The notes below the pieces were generated by a model. The model saw only the letters and a program-made list of their open reading frames with translations, was not told where the DNA came from and did no database searches. The position numbers were made by a program, and so were the translations under genes. DNA of 64,000 nt from a virus, in IMG/VR virus record IMGVR_UViG_3300046171_000314, positions 83,879-147,878 of that record. One strand, given 5' to 3'. Shown piece after piece: positions 9,595-20,038 of this stretch; positions within the stretch are counted from its first letter, which is position 1; each line of letters opens with the position of its first letter.

Positions 9595-10313
9595 GAGAAT
9601 GGCTTGAAAATTCATTGTACGACTTAACGGAAGATCAGGAGACGTATCTCTTAGGTCGAGGAGTTCTCAGAGAGGAGATTCGTAATGTGAACTTTCAATC
9701 TTGGTGTCCTGAGAAGCCTTGTCCTGCAAAAACCACAGAAGGGCAAGACTTTGTTAAGAGATTTGGGGAGTACGGTCATCGTCTTAATGATCTTCTATTG
9801 ACTCCTTTGTACTCTCCTTCTAGCAAGTTGGTTGGTGTTGAAGGTCGTTCCATAGATGGCAACAAAACAATAATGAGAGTCCTTTCCTTTGAGTCTAAGT
9901 GGTGTCCGATATGGATAGGGCTTGGCAAAGCAGAGATGCTCAGGATTTGGAATGGGTATGATGTGTGGATAGTAGAAGGGATCTTCGATCTTACAACTCT
10001 GAGAGCCATAATGCCTCACGTAGTTGTTCTAGGGTCTTTGAGAGCCAACCTCACCAAGAAACATTTAGAGTTCCTTAGTCGCTTTGTGAAGGGCACAATT
10101 TACGTTGCTTACGACAACGATGAGACAGGACAAAAGGCTATGTACGGTCACTTCGATCCTAATGGTCGAAGACAACAAGGTATCATAGAAAAAATTAACA
10201 AATTACGATTAAACGCAGTGCCTGTTCGGTATAAGGGTGGCAAAGACCCGAATGAGATATGGCAACAAGGTGGCTACGATCAAGTTCGTAAATCTTTCAT
10301 TAACTACCTATAA
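9591..10313 (+). CDS. DnaG-type primase catalytic/TOPRIM domain (no zinc finger)
   Basis: YLLGRG, EGR, VEGIFD, YDNDETG and KDPNE motifs; ATG 9591 overlaps the upstream stop. Confidence 0.85.
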   Translation: MREWLENSLYDLTEDQETYLLGRGVLREEIRNVNFQSWCPEKPCPAKTTEGQDFVKRFGEYGHRLNDLLLTPLYSPSSKLVGVEGRSIDGNKTIMRVLSFESKWCPIWIGLGKAEMLRIWNGYDVWIVEGIFDLTTLRAIMPHVVVLGSLRANLTKKHLEFLSRFVKGTIYVAYDNDETGQKAMYGHFDPNGRRQQGIIEKINKLRLNAVPVRYKGGKDPNEIWQQGGYDQVRKSFINYL

Positions 10314-10328
10314 TATAAGGAGCATAAT

Positions 10329-10799
10329 ATGCCTACTGAAATATGGAAAGCAACAGAGGACATACAGGATTCTGTTAAAAAACTTGTTGCGAATCATCAC
10401 CCTGACCTAATACTTGCCGCTGACGAGATTGTGGTTCTCTTTCGTGAGAAAGCCACAAAGAAAGGTGGGAAAGTCATCTTAGGATCAAGCAAGAAAGCCC
10501 CCTCGATATTGAATGTTCTATCTGATGTTGAGTGTAAGTTTATTATCGAACTTGCGGCAGACGAATGGGTGGGTCTTACATCAAACCAACAAACCGCTTT
10601 GTTGGATCACCACTTGTGTGCGTTTCAAGTAGAAGAAGACCCCAAGACAGGAGATGTGAAATACTTTATCGCTCCTCCTGACATCGGATACTATCTTGAT
10701 GAATATGAGCGGTATGGGGATTGGAGACCAAAGCAAGAAGAGGACACCACTGTGAAAGTGGATACAGTAACAGCAGACACCATCTTAGATGGACAGTAA
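10329..10799 (+). CDS. Phage putative metallopeptidase-like protein
   Basis: FIIEL..W....Q.ALLDHHLC and PPD...EYERYG pattern; HExxH is degenerate. Confidence 0.6.
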   Translation: MPTEIWKATEDIQDSVKKLVANHHPDLILAADEIVVLFREKATKKGGKVILGSSKKAPSILNVLSDVECKFIIELAADEWVGLTSNQQTALLDHHLCAFQVEEDPKTGDVKYFIAPPDIGYYLDEYERYGDWRPKQEEDTTVKVDTVTADTILDGQ

Positions 10800-10820
10800 G
10801 CAGTTTTAATTGGCTTTATT

Positions 10821-10848
10821 AAAGGTGGGCTATTGCTCACCTTTTTTT
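10821..10848 (+). terminator. Intrinsic terminator
   Basis: AAAGGTGGGC-TATT-GCTCACCTTT followed by a T run. Confidence 0.8.
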
Positions 10849-10911
10849 GTTTATGGGGTGGTTGGAACGTAAGAGCACTTCGGTATATTCAAAAACAGAT
10901 AGGAGAATACA

Positions 10912-12294
10912 ATGGCATTTGATACAAAATATCGTCCTAATGGATATGACTCGGTTATTGGGCAAGAAGCCAATGTAAAGGTTCTACAGAGCATCGTGAA
11001 GAATGGATCAGGCTTTCACCAATCTTATGTATTTTGTGGGCAGCACGGTACAGGAAAAACCACATTGGGTCGGATTCTTGCACGAGCCTTGCTTTGCGAA
11101 AATCCTCAGGAGGGTAATCCTTGCGATCAGTGCTCTTCTTGTTTGTCTATTTTGGAGAATGGTAGTTCGGAGGGGTTCATAGAAATAGATGCGGCTACAA
11201 ACTCAGGCAAGGGAGACATTAAAGAGATAGTGGATCAATTAGAATACGCTACTGTGACAGGAAAGAAAAGGATTTATCTATTTGATGAGGCACATGAGTT
11301 ATCAAGACAAGCCCTTGATGGTTTATTGAAGCCGATGGAAGATACAGAGGTGGGATCTGACGATAAAAAGTTGGTGTGCATCTTTTGTACAACCGAGCCT
11401 GAGAAGATGCGAAAGACCATCTTCTCAAGGTGTGCCCCTGCTTTTGTTATTCGTGTTCCAACCCCTCAGGATATAGCAGACAGACTTGTATATGTCTGTG
11501 AGAAGGAGGAAATAGAATATGACTATGAAGCCCTTGTATCTATTTCGGAGTACTGTTCCTGCCACGTTCGAGATTCTCTTAAGTCTTTACAAGGTGTCTC
11601 TTCTTTGGGCAAGGTCGATATGGCAGCCATTAAGCAATACCTGCGATTAGATGTACAGATAAAATGTTTAGAGGTTCTTGATAACTTAAGATCCGATTTT
11701 GCAAAGGCAATCGAGAACTTCGATGCTTTAAGGATTATTGCTTCTCCTGCCTCTTGTTACGAGCAACTATCCAAGTTGTCCTTGATGGCATATAGAAAAT
11801 CATTGGGGGTTTCAAAGATCCCCGTTTATTTGGATTCCAAAAAGATAGACTCAATCTCTAAACAAGGGCAGCAACTTATAGTTCTCACCCAAAGTTTGCT
11901 TTCACATCCACATAATCCCTCTCACGAAATGCTACTATGTGATCTGTCTAATTATCATTTTGGACAAGCCCCTATACAGACTATAACTAAAGTAGTCACC
12001 CAAACTTTAGAACCAAAAACACAACCAACACAAAAAAATTCTCAACAGATACCACAAAGTTCGGTATCGTACCAACAACAAAAGCCTACAATTATAAATG
12101 GGGTATATCGAGAAGCAAGGGCGGTTAAGAAACCTCCTAGAAAATCAGAGAGTGTTCCGAAAAAAGAAGGAATACCTTTTGAAGTTTTTAAGGATTTCCT
12201 AGACGCTCGCTATCAGGAGTTGGAACACGAACATGGACAAAAGAGACGAACAAACTTGGGTGGTTTTGGAACTTTCTCACGCAGGAGAGTCTAG
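10912..12294 (+). CDS. dnaX: Clamp loader, DNA polymerase III gamma/tau-like
   Basis: KYRP, GQHGTGKTT, C4 zinc module, EIDAA, DEAH, SRC. Confidence 0.92.
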   Translation: MAFDTKYRPNGYDSVIGQEANVKVLQSIVKNGSGFHQSYVFCGQHGTGKTTLGRILARALLCENPQEGNPCDQCSSCLSILENGSSEGFIEIDAATNSGKGDIKEIVDQLEYATVTGKKRIYLFDEAHELSRQALDGLLKPMEDTEVGSDDKKLVCIFCTTEPEKMRKTIFSRCAPAFVIRVPTPQDIADRLVYVCEKEEIEYDYEALVSISEYCSCHVRDSLKSLQGVSSLGKVDMAAIKQYLRLDVQIKCLEVLDNLRSDFAKAIENFDALRIIASPASCYEQLSKLSLMAYRKSLGVSKIPVYLDSKKIDSISKQGQQLIVLTQSLLSHPHNPSHEMLLCDLSNYHFGQAPIQTITKVVTQTLEPKTQPTQKNSQQIPQSSVSYQQQKPTIINGVYREARAVKKPPRKSESVPKKEGIPFEVFKDFLDARYQELEHEHGQKRRTNLGGFGTFSRRRV

Positions 12295-12769
12295 GGCGAA
12301 GGAGGGGATTCTCGAAAAGATTGTTCGACACGAGTTGGGTGTTGAGCCAACTTTTCCTGTTTTTATACCTATACAGGTATATCAGAAAGGAGATAAGACA
12401 ATACGAATTGATGGTATGCAGGGGTATGCCTTTGTGAAAGCAGGGCTTCCCGATCACGTCTATTTTCAATTAGAGCAATCAGATTTTGTGAAGAATGTTA
12501 TCTCTGCCCCTCATAAAAGAGGAAGAGTCCTTGCTTGTGTTCCTGATAGTGCCATAGAAGGTGTTCGAGATTCAATTCGAAGAGAGGTAAGCCAAGACCT
12601 TGTTGCAGGAACAAGGGTTCGTGTGCGGACAGGGCTATTCTCCTATCTTGAGGGTGAGGTCATCGACAGAGAAGATGACGATATCATACTAGAAATTAAG
12701 ATGAGATCCATACACGCAATTGTGAAAGTACACGGCTTGTATGTTGATCTTGCTGAGGGAGATGCTTAA
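12233..12769 (+). CDS. NusG-like transcription factor (NGN + KOW)
   Basis: WVVL, VFIP, GYAFV; KOW motif GTRVRVRTGLFSYLEGEV. Confidence 0.85.
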   Translation: MDKRDEQTWVVLELSHAGESRAKEGILEKIVRHELGVEPTFPVFIPIQVYQKGDKTIRIDGMQGYAFVKAGLPDHVYFQLEQSDFVKNVISAPHKRGRVLACVPDSAIEGVRDSIRREVSQDLVAGTRVRVRTGLFSYLEGEVIDREDDDIILEIKMRSIHAIVKVHGLYVDLAEGDA

Positions 12770-13374
12770 TGTGGTGGTCAGGTCATAAACTAATAGATTC
12801 ACACGAATTAGAGTCAAGGTTCTCTAATGAAGATGGGTTGTCTGAAATAGGGATTACTGTTTCTGAGGAGATGTCAGAGGAAACCCTAGAGAAGTTGGAT
12901 AGGATAAGGGATATGCTTGATCGTATTCCACCAAGAGAAGCCGACTTTATTGAACTGTACTATTTCAATAAGATGCGACAAACGGACATAGCAGAACTCT
13001 TTTGTGTAACACAACCTACTGTTTGCTATAGATTACAACGAGCCTCCGACAGATTGAAATATCTTATGGAACTTCCTGATATCAACTCAAGCCAATTAAG
13101 AGAGAACCTAACAGGCAAATTTAAGGATGAGGTGGATGTTGATATAATGATCCTGATGTTTGAAACTACTTGTCAGAGTGAGGTTGCGAATTCTCTTTCC
13201 GTTTCACAGGGGTTGGTTCGTCACAGATTTATTCGGTCTATGAAAGCCTTAGCCCACTACCCTGAATTGGATTATATCTTGCAGATGTACGAAAAACTAT
13301 CAAAGAATTTGAACATTCTGAGAGAGGTTCAAAGACCAACCTTGCCGAATGAAATTTTCAATGTGGTTCATTAG
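12769..13374 (+). CDS. Sigma-70 region-4-like tandem HTH protein
   Basis: LDRIPPREADFIELYYF..RQTDIAELFCVTQPTV and a second HTH QSEVANSLSVSQGLV. Confidence 0.75.
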   Translation: MWWSGHKLIDSHELESRFSNEDGLSEIGITVSEEMSEETLEKLDRIRDMLDRIPPREADFIELYYFNKMRQTDIAELFCVTQPTVCYRLQRASDRLKYLMELPDINSSQLRENLTGKFKDEVDVDIMILMFETTCQSEVANSLSVSQGLVRHRFIRSMKALAHYPELDYILQMYEKLSKNLNILREVQRPTLPNEIFNVVH

Positions 13375-13410
13375 TTTCTCTATATTCCTTCATTACAAGA
13401 AGGAGGAGTC

Positions 13411-13722
13411 TTGTCTGATAAAGAGTTAGAAGATCGTATACTAATGACAAAGAGGTTGGCACACAGGTGGGTGAAGAAACACATTAAGCCTGAGAACCGA
13501 TTGATTGTTTATTATGGACACGTAGAGATAAGTCGTGTCCCATCTTTGTTGCGTAGTTTTCGAGACTCTAAGATCACTATGGCAGGCATTCCACCTATCC
13601 CTGATCTTGGCATCACAGAAAGATTTGATTGCTTTGAGATATGGACAGAGAATAAGGAAGGTTTGATAGCCCTTGACAAGTGGCTGTCTGATCGGGGATT
13701 TGAAACATCAGGGGTATGGTAA
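13411..13722 (+). CDS. Hypothetical late protein with RLAHRW motif
   Basis: AGGAGG RBS; follows late-type motif at 13370-13384. Confidence 0.65.
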   Translation: MSDKELEDRILMTKRLAHRWVKKHIKPENRLIVYYGHVEISRVPSLLRSFRDSKITMAGIPPIPDLGITERFDCFEIWTENKEGLIALDKWLSDRGFETSGVW

Positions 13723-14154
13723 ATGTCTTCACAAAGAATACAATCAGAGTTTGTTTATAAGTCTGTCACATCAGCGGCTGAGACCTATTACTTCACGATA
13801 CGTTGCGACACCGAGAGCAATCTCAGTGTTCGGAATATACAAAATCCCGCAGGGCTTATTGTAGATTCTATGTCTTCTTTACCCTCTGAGGTTATTACAG
13901 ATATCTCGGATGCAATGTCAGTTGTTCGTGATCTGCTCTCCATTAATTCTAGAGTCAATGGCACAATAACTTTCACCGCTGAAACTTCTGTTACTGTTTC
14001 ACTGCCTGAGGCGATGTCAACGGCAGGCTATTCTGTTCTTCTTGATGTTTCAGACTTTGTTCTTTTTCGTGTCACTTCAAAAACAACAACATCTTTTGTT
14101 GTTCAAAGTTCTACGACATATACGGGAACGATTCTTTATTCTGTTTTTAATTAA
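13723..14154 (+). CDS. Virion protein with C-terminal H-lectin/gp53-like beta domain
   Basis: TITF...TVSLP...YSVLLD...KTTTSF domain shared with the ORF at 14724. Confidence 0.55.
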   Translation: MSSQRIQSEFVYKSVTSAAETYYFTIRCDTESNLSVRNIQNPAGLIVDSMSSLPSEVITDISDAMSVVRDLLSINSRVNGTITFTAETSVTVSLPEAMSTAGYSVLLDVSDFVLFRVTSKTTTSFVVQSSTTYTGTILYSVFN

Positions 14155-14162
14155 GGTACAGC

Positions 14163-14724
14163 ATGGACATATACATATTTGACTTTGATGGTACTTTGAT
14201 GCGAACACCTGAGGAAACCCCTTCTTGGTGGAAAGACCCTGCTCCTTTTAGTTGGCACAGTAATCCTGTTTCACTATCTCCTCCTGTTGTTCCCTCAAAG
14301 CCAAGCGGAAAACATTGGATTTCTTGGGTAGCCAAAGAAGCAAAGAGGTCTTTGCAAGACCCCAATGCAAAAGTATTTCTTGTCACTGCGAGAGTTTCTT
14401 CTATGAGGCAGAGAATACTTGAGATTCTGAAGAGTAAAGGTATAGTGTTCGATGGAACTTACTTCAATCCGGGGGACCGATGCTTCGTCTTACAAGAAAA
14501 AGGTTTTTCAAGATATTCAAGCGAAGTACCCTAACCCACAAGAGGTTCACATCTTTGAAGATAATCACCTCAATGCTTATGTTCCTGCCTTAGAAAAAAT
14601 GTTTCCCTTCTCGAAGGTCTTTGGGCATGGTGTAAAAGACAGTCAGCATCCGATAGAGCCTGAGGGTATCCCTCAGGACTTAGCCTTAAGGGTTGCTGAT
14701 CGATACTTGAATAGGAGATACTAA
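14163..14724 (+). CDS. HAD-family phosphatase (RNA-repair HAD-like), split by an apparent +1 frameshift near 14471-14475
   Basis: DFDGTL and LVTAR in the first frame; K and FED motifs in the second frame after the G5 run; ends RVADRYL. Confidence 0.75.
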
Positions 14725-15902
14725 TGCCGCAAACAACCCCCACAGAAGCAGATGTGATACAGTTCAATTCAAATGGTGGCAACACCATACAAGTTTCATC
14801 AGACACTGATGGCAATTTGACCTTTGTAGATGCTGTCGTTTCTTCTGCAATCAAATTAGTAGATTTGGCAGGTCTTGAAAGCCATAGTTCTGTTTTTGTT
14901 GTCGGCAAAAAATATGCCACAATACAAGCCGCATTAGATGCGGTTTCAGGCACTTCATCGGTTTCCAATCCTTCTGTTATCTTAATTCCTACAGGTGTTT
15001 ATGCCGAGAGCATTACTGTTCAAAAAGATGGTGTTCATTTGGTGGGGCTTGGTTTGGTCGAGATAACAGGAACAGTGGGCAACCCTACTGTTTCTATTGA
15101 TGATTTGGGGGCGGTTGTTCCTCTCTCGGTCACTTTTCAAAACATAATCTTCTCAAAATCACAAGATGCAGAGAAGGCGGTCTCTATTGTTGGGGCTGCT
15201 GCAACTAATCTTGGATTGGGGGGTATTACTTTCAAAGGTTGTCAGTTCAAAGCAACAGGCATTGGAACGTTTGCGGTCTTTGTAGATATTGCTAATACAG
15301 TTATTATTGAGGGTGGGAGTACCACAGGTTCTAGTGCAACTGCGAAATTTTCGGTTTCACAGTGTGCAAGTTTTTCAGCGAATAGGACATCGGAAATTCC
15401 CAATGTAGAGTTGTCATATAATAATGCCTCTGATCGACCCTCAACTTTGACATCAAGTTATTCCTTCGCACATAATCTTTCGTGTGGAGATTTTTTGGTA
15501 TCTCTGTTGGGGATAGGGTCTCTGAGTGTTTCTAATTGTACTGTGGGCAGTTTGTCTGTAGATGGAACACAAAACATCTCTCTTGCAAGATGTACTTTGG
15601 GGGTTCTTACGGTTAGTGGGACGATTGGTGCAGCGATCACAGACTCGGAGTACACCTCCTTGAGTGGGGATGTCACAGCATCCTTAGAGATAGATCAGGT
15701 GATTGATTCGATAGTTTTCTCGAACGAAGCAAGTAAAACTGTCTCGTTGCCACTGCCTTACCCCAACTCTTCTTATATGGTTCTTATAGATAGTCCTCTT
15801 GCTGACATGCCTTTTGTCGAAAATAAGACCACCACAACCTTTGATATTACCTACTCAGGGTTGGTCACAGTTACTGCTATTTACCAAGTCATAAAGTTTT
15901 GA
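14724..15902 (+). CDS. Fibre/spike-like virion protein (pectate-lyase-like beta helix plus C-terminal beta domain)
   Basis: YATIQAALDA..ILIPTGVYAE motif; Ser/Thr/Val-rich beta repeats. Confidence 0.65.
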   Translation: MPQTTPTEADVIQFNSNGGNTIQVSSDTDGNLTFVDAVVSSAIKLVDLAGLESHSSVFVVGKKYATIQAALDAVSGTSSVSNPSVILIPTGVYAESITVQKDGVHLVGLGLVEITGTVGNPTVSIDDLGAVVPLSVTFQNIIFSKSQDAEKAVSIVGAAATNLGLGGITFKGCQFKATGIGTFAVFVDIANTVIIEGGSTTGSSATAKFSVSQCASFSANRTSEIPNVELSYNNASDRPSTLTSSYSFAHNLSCGDFLVSLLGIGSLSVSNCTVGSLSVDGTQNISLARCTLGVLTVSGTIGAAITDSEYTSLSGDVTASLEIDQVIDSIVFSNEASKTVSLPLPYPNSSYMVLIDSPLADMPFVENKTTTTFDITYSGLVTVTAIYQVIKF

Positions 15903-15915
15903 TAATCATTCTATA
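15901..15915 (+). promoter_or_regulatory. Putative late promoter
   Basis: GATAATCATTCTATA; the 23-nt context is identical to the copy at 51139-51161. Confidence 0.7.
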
Positions 15916-15942
15916 TTTCCACAAGGATAGTGAGGTGTATCT

Positions 15943-16530
15943 ATGTCTAGTGGAAATGATTTTGGTTTTTGGGATGGTCTATTAAAAGAATCCTACCTTA
16001 GCGGTGATGTTGATTCTATGAATATGTTCCTTGACGATGCCGTTGAGACAAGAATGACCTCAAGAGAAATTGGGGAGAACTTTGAACAACTGAGAGGTTT
16101 GACCGATAAAGGCAGAGTTTCCAAAGCACTGCATTTGCCTGTCCTTGATGGGTCTCGTGTGGCTTTTAATTCTAACTTGGGGGTTGTGTTATCTTTTGAG
16201 GATATGCCTGAACACGGATCGAAGGGGACAGTGGTCTCAGTACGGTCTGCCTCAGGGGAGGTCACCTCATACGAGGGTAATGTCTTTGTTGAGTGGGATG
16301 ATGGGCATTTTCGATCTGTTAATGCTCAATACCTTTTGTTATTAGAAAGCCCTAAGAAAGCAGAAAAAATTCGTGTTAGTTCTTTGGGAGATCTTACAGA
16401 TTTCTTAAAGGTTTCCAAAGATGCCTTAGTACACAAATCCACTAAGGATATTTGGTCTTTCAAAAAAGATGGTGATGAATTTGTTATTGAAAGGCTGCTT
16501 GGAGAAGATGGCACACCCTTAAAAAGTTAG
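15943..16530 (+). CDS. Hypothetical virion/head protein
   Basis: GAGG RBS; late motif upstream. Confidence 0.65.
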   Translation: MSSGNDFGFWDGLLKESYLSGDVDSMNMFLDDAVETRMTSREIGENFEQLRGLTDKGRVSKALHLPVLDGSRVAFNSNLGVVLSFEDMPEHGSKGTVVSVRSASGEVTSYEGNVFVEWDDGHFRSVNAQYLLLLESPKKAEKIRVSSLGDLTDFLKVSKDALVHKSTKDIWSFKKDGDEFVIERLLGEDGTPLKS

Positions 16531-16539
16531 GAGTAACCT

Positions 16540-17148
16540 GTGAGTATAAAGAGAATCGCTGATAGATATATGACTAGGCATAGCGTCCGAACCGCAGGTG
16601 AAGTTCGTTTCGTAAAAGACAATTCTAACGATGCAAGTTCGTGGGCTTGGAAGCAAGGACCTTCTGAGCGTGTGATGACACCTGACCATGTGTTTAATCC
16701 TGCGAAGAAAAAAGCATTGGCGAAAGTTTTGAGAAGCACCACTGCATCAATGGGGCACGCTATGAGTGCTTATTCTACATTTACAAAAATCAAGAGTGCA
16801 GATGTTTCCCCTGATGGGAACTTAGGCGGCAAAGGGTACATTCAAAAGATAATGGATATGCGAAAGCAATATATGAATGTTGTTGAGGCTCTCTCTGCAC
16901 TCAGTGATACGATTTATGACGAAGTTTCTGCTCCACATTGGGCTGCAATCTCTCGTCAAGAAACGGATGAAGACAAAGCAGAAGTTGCACAAATTATGCA
17001 AGATGCTCAGGATATAAAAGAAAATCCTGAGGAGTGGGCAGAAGAACAGGAAGAAGAAATGGATAAAAACCCTGTGGGAAAAACCGCAAGCACAAAAGTT
17101 CCTTCTGTTGTTAGAGTTGCCCAACGATATTTAAAGGAGAGAGTCTAA
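16540..17148 (+). CDS. Putative internal head protein (RIADRY and RVAQRY motifs at the two ends)
   Basis: AGGAG RBS with GTG start; RTAG and KTAS junctions. Confidence 0.65.
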   Translation: MSIKRIADRYMTRHSVRTAGEVRFVKDNSNDASSWAWKQGPSERVMTPDHVFNPAKKKALAKVLRSTTASMGHAMSAYSTFTKIKSADVSPDGNLGGKGYIQKIMDMRKQYMNVVEALSALSDTIYDEVSAPHWAAISRQETDEDKAEVAQIMQDAQDIKENPEEWAEEQEEEMDKNPVGKTASTKVPSVVRVAQRYLKERV

Positions 17149-19226
17149 TGAGTTCTAAGTTACCCTCAGAAACACTTGTGCCTAGAGGTCTTAATGGTCT
17201 TGTGGATACGTACCCTGACTTGAATTACGGATTAGGAGTGTTGGAGAAAAGACATTTGATTGATAGTGGTGAACAAACAGCACAGATCCCTGATGGATTA
17301 CAAAAAGAATCTGACTTGTTGTTAGGAGATCTCTCAGGGTTTATGGGGGAAGAAAGTAATTCCGATCTGTTATTTATGGATATAGAGCCTGATCCTGAGA
17401 TTCAATCTTTGCCTGAGTTTCAAGAGCCTGTTGCCGAACTCGAAGCGGCTTGGGCAGAGAGAGATCATACTCCTCTTTATGCAGAACACCAAAAAGAATT
17501 AATCGCTCCTGTGCAATCGGTTTCCCCTGAGATTTCAGAAGAATTGCTTGAGGAAACTCTGTACAAGGCGGCTCGTGCTTATGCTAACGGATTATCTCAA
17601 AAAGAGATAGATCGGTTGGTCAAAGCATCTCTTGGTGGAATGACCGACATGCTTCAAGAGGAACTTGAATGGTTGAAGGGGCAGCGAGGTCTTAATGGTA
17701 ATGTTTATGTTCTTGCTAGTGCCTACCCTAATCTTCATAATGGACAATGGAAAGAGGAGGTTCGAAAACTAGCCCAAAGAGCAAGATATTTAATAGTCGA
17801 CACAGACACAGTAATGGGTCGGAAACTTGCTTCTCAAGACCGTTTTATGGGGATGCAGATTGTAGAGGAAGTGGGTTGGAAAGAAGCCTTCAATCACTAT
17901 GCTCCCAAATTAAAGTCTTTGGGGTGTCGGTTGGCGAGTGAGGGTTCTTATGAACAACGAATTCAACAAGGGTTCTTAAACATTCCCAAACGCAAAGCGA
18001 ACTTGGGTACAAGACCGCAAGACTTTCGACCAACAGATCACATTACTCTTAAGGAAGCACAGCAAGAGTTTTCACAACTCATTCCGCAAGAGAGAAGGGT
18101 TTATGTAAGAGAGGCGAGCGAGAACAGAATACGCCTTAAGCAAGCAACCAAAAAAGTTATTCAATCATATAGAGCAGGGTTTATCTCTAAGTCAGAGTTG
18201 AAAGAAATAGTTGCGACAGGAGACCATCGGAAGATGCTCCAAATGTTGTCTTCTAAGAAGAAACTCTCTTCTGAAAGTTCTGAATACACCGCACCGATAA
18301 TAGGAAGACACCAAGATACAAGAAGAGAAGCATCTGTAGATGTTCGTGAAAGCCGCATACAGAAAAAACAGGCAGAGAGACATCGCAAAACAGTTGCACA
18401 GAAAGTTCAAAAGGTAGCAAAGGCAATCAAGAGTGGGCTTCGAGGGAGTTCTTTAGCGAAGATGCTTAGAGCCAACTTTAGCAAAGAGGACTTGGTTCTA
18501 GCATCCCCTTTGTTGAATCCTCTCTTGAAAGAAACCAATGCTCTGAATGAGACAGTTAAGGAAGCAAGAGAATATAGTGGAACACCTGAGTTCAGACACC
18601 AATCTGTTCGCAAGACAGCCCAACCTAAAAAGATATCCAAACAACAACAAGCCCTCAGAAAGATTTCTCTTTGGACAAGGCGACAAATGACAGAGGGTAC
18701 TTGTGGGGAGGTTCTTACAGGACTACTCAAAGCGAAGTTCGCCCCCTCCTTTCTTAAGTCTGCACAAGAAACTATTCTAGATGTTCGTCAGGCACACGAA
18801 GGTTTATCAGGGTTTGTTTATGTTGATGCTGAGGCTTATGCTTCACCGACAGGTACGAATGGTTGTGAAGAGGGTGCTCTGAGACATCGAGCCAACCAAC
18901 TTAAGTTTGTAAAAAAGATGGCTCGTTGCGGTGGGTGTTCCTTTGCAAACACTTTGGCAGATGGCACAAGTGTTTGTCAGAAGTACAACAAAAGATTGGC
19001 AGCAGAAACACCTGTGGAGTTCCCACAAGAGTACCAACAAGAAATGATTCGTCTTTCAAATGCTAGCGATGCCGAGCAAACTGCTTCTCTTTTCGGAAGC
19101 ACCTATACGAATGATTTTGGATTACAAAATACTGCCTTAGATGGTTTTGGTTTCAATGAAACTGCAAGTGTTGAGCAACTCAGCGGTCTGTTCTTTGGCG
19201 GTATGGATATTGGGGAAGATGAATAA
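17148..19226 (+). CDS. Large putative head/core protein with many K/R-x-A sites and a Cys cluster
   Basis: 692-aa ORF; KLAS, RLAS, REAS (twice), KTAQ; CxxC...C near the C-terminus. Confidence 0.65.
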   Translation: MSSKLPSETLVPRGLNGLVDTYPDLNYGLGVLEKRHLIDSGEQTAQIPDGLQKESDLLLGDLSGFMGEESNSDLLFMDIEPDPEIQSLPEFQEPVAELEAAWAERDHTPLYAEHQKELIAPVQSVSPEISEELLEETLYKAARAYANGLSQKEIDRLVKASLGGMTDMLQEELEWLKGQRGLNGNVYVLASAYPNLHNGQWKEEVRKLAQRARYLIVDTDTVMGRKLASQDRFMGMQIVEEVGWKEAFNHYAPKLKSLGCRLASEGSYEQRIQQGFLNIPKRKANLGTRPQDFRPTDHITLKEAQQEFSQLIPQERRVYVREASENRIRLKQATKKVIQSYRAGFISKSELKEIVATGDHRKMLQMLSSKKKLSSESSEYTAPIIGRHQDTRREASVDVRESRIQKKQAERHRKTVAQKVQKVAKAIKSGLRGSSLAKMLRANFSKEDLVLASPLLNPLLKETNALNETVKEAREYSGTPEFRHQSVRKTAQPKKISKQQQALRKISLWTRRQMTEGTCGEVLTGLLKAKFAPSFLKSAQETILDVRQAHEGLSGFVYVDAEAYASPTGTNGCEEGALRHRANQLKFVKKMARCGGCSFANTLADGTSVCQKYNKRLAAETPVEFPQEYQQEMIRLSNASDAEQTASLFGSTYTNDFGLQNTALDGFGFNETASVEQLSGLFFGGMDIGEDE

Positions 19227-20035
19227 TGTACTTGAATGAAGAAAAAAGTTCTGAATTGGGTCGAGTATTGTTTGACCTTCTTACAACCCTACGAGCGATG
19301 TACGTTCATTATCAGAATTTACATTGGGAGAGTCAGGGTCAGGCTTTTTATAGTGATCATCTTTTGTATCAAAGATTATATGGAGGAGTCGCAGAAGAAA
19401 CTGATGCTCTCGCTGAAAAGATTTTGGGACTTACAGGGGATGGTGTTTTTGTTTCAGACATACACACTTTCGAGCACGGATACAACACTCTTCGTATTTG
19501 GTATGATGTTGCAAAGGGAAAGTCTTCAGAAGACAGGGCTTTGTTCTCTGAGTTCTACCTTTTGGAGCAGTTGGAATACACATCAGCCTACTTGGGGGAA
19601 TTGGGTGCAAAGTCTCTCGGACTAGAGGATTTCTTATCGGGATTGGCTAGTAAGCACGAGGAGCATATATACCTTCTCAGACAAAGAAATGGTTTTACAA
19701 AGAAGCGGCAAGCCTCTGCTGCTCACTTATTCTTTGATAATCCTCAGGCAAGGGAAGTTCGTGAGTTTTCCGAGAGCGGTGCTTTATCTAACAACCCTGA
19801 ATCCGCAGAAACATTTGAAGAGGAATTGCGAGCCGAAATCGCACCCCCTAATCCAAGTGAGATTATCGAAGACACAGCAGGGGCGGATGAGTTCTCTACT
19901 CTTTCAAGGTTCATTGTCGAAACAGAACAACCTGTCGAAGACGAGGCAAACATCCCACAAGGATATGACGATGTTGATAAAGCCGATGATGTTCGGTTGA
20001 AACAAGGTCGTAGAAAAAGACTTACTTGGAGATAA
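19226..20035 (+). CDS. Dps/ferritin-like protein with C-terminal extension
   Basis: HW..QG..F..DHL..RLY....E.DALAEKILGL ferroxidase-type pattern. Confidence 0.8.
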   Translation: MYLNEEKSSELGRVLFDLLTTLRAMYVHYQNLHWESQGQAFYSDHLLYQRLYGGVAEETDALAEKILGLTGDGVFVSDIHTFEHGYNTLRIWYDVAKGKSSEDRALFSEFYLLEQLEYTSAYLGELGAKSLGLEDFLSGLASKHEEHIYLLRQRNGFTKKRQASAAHLFFDNPQAREVREFSESGALSNNPESAETFEEELRAEIAPPNPSEIIEDTAGADEFSTLSRFIVETEQPVEDEANIPQGYDDVDKADDVRLKQGRRKRLTWR

Positions 20036-20038
20036 GAA

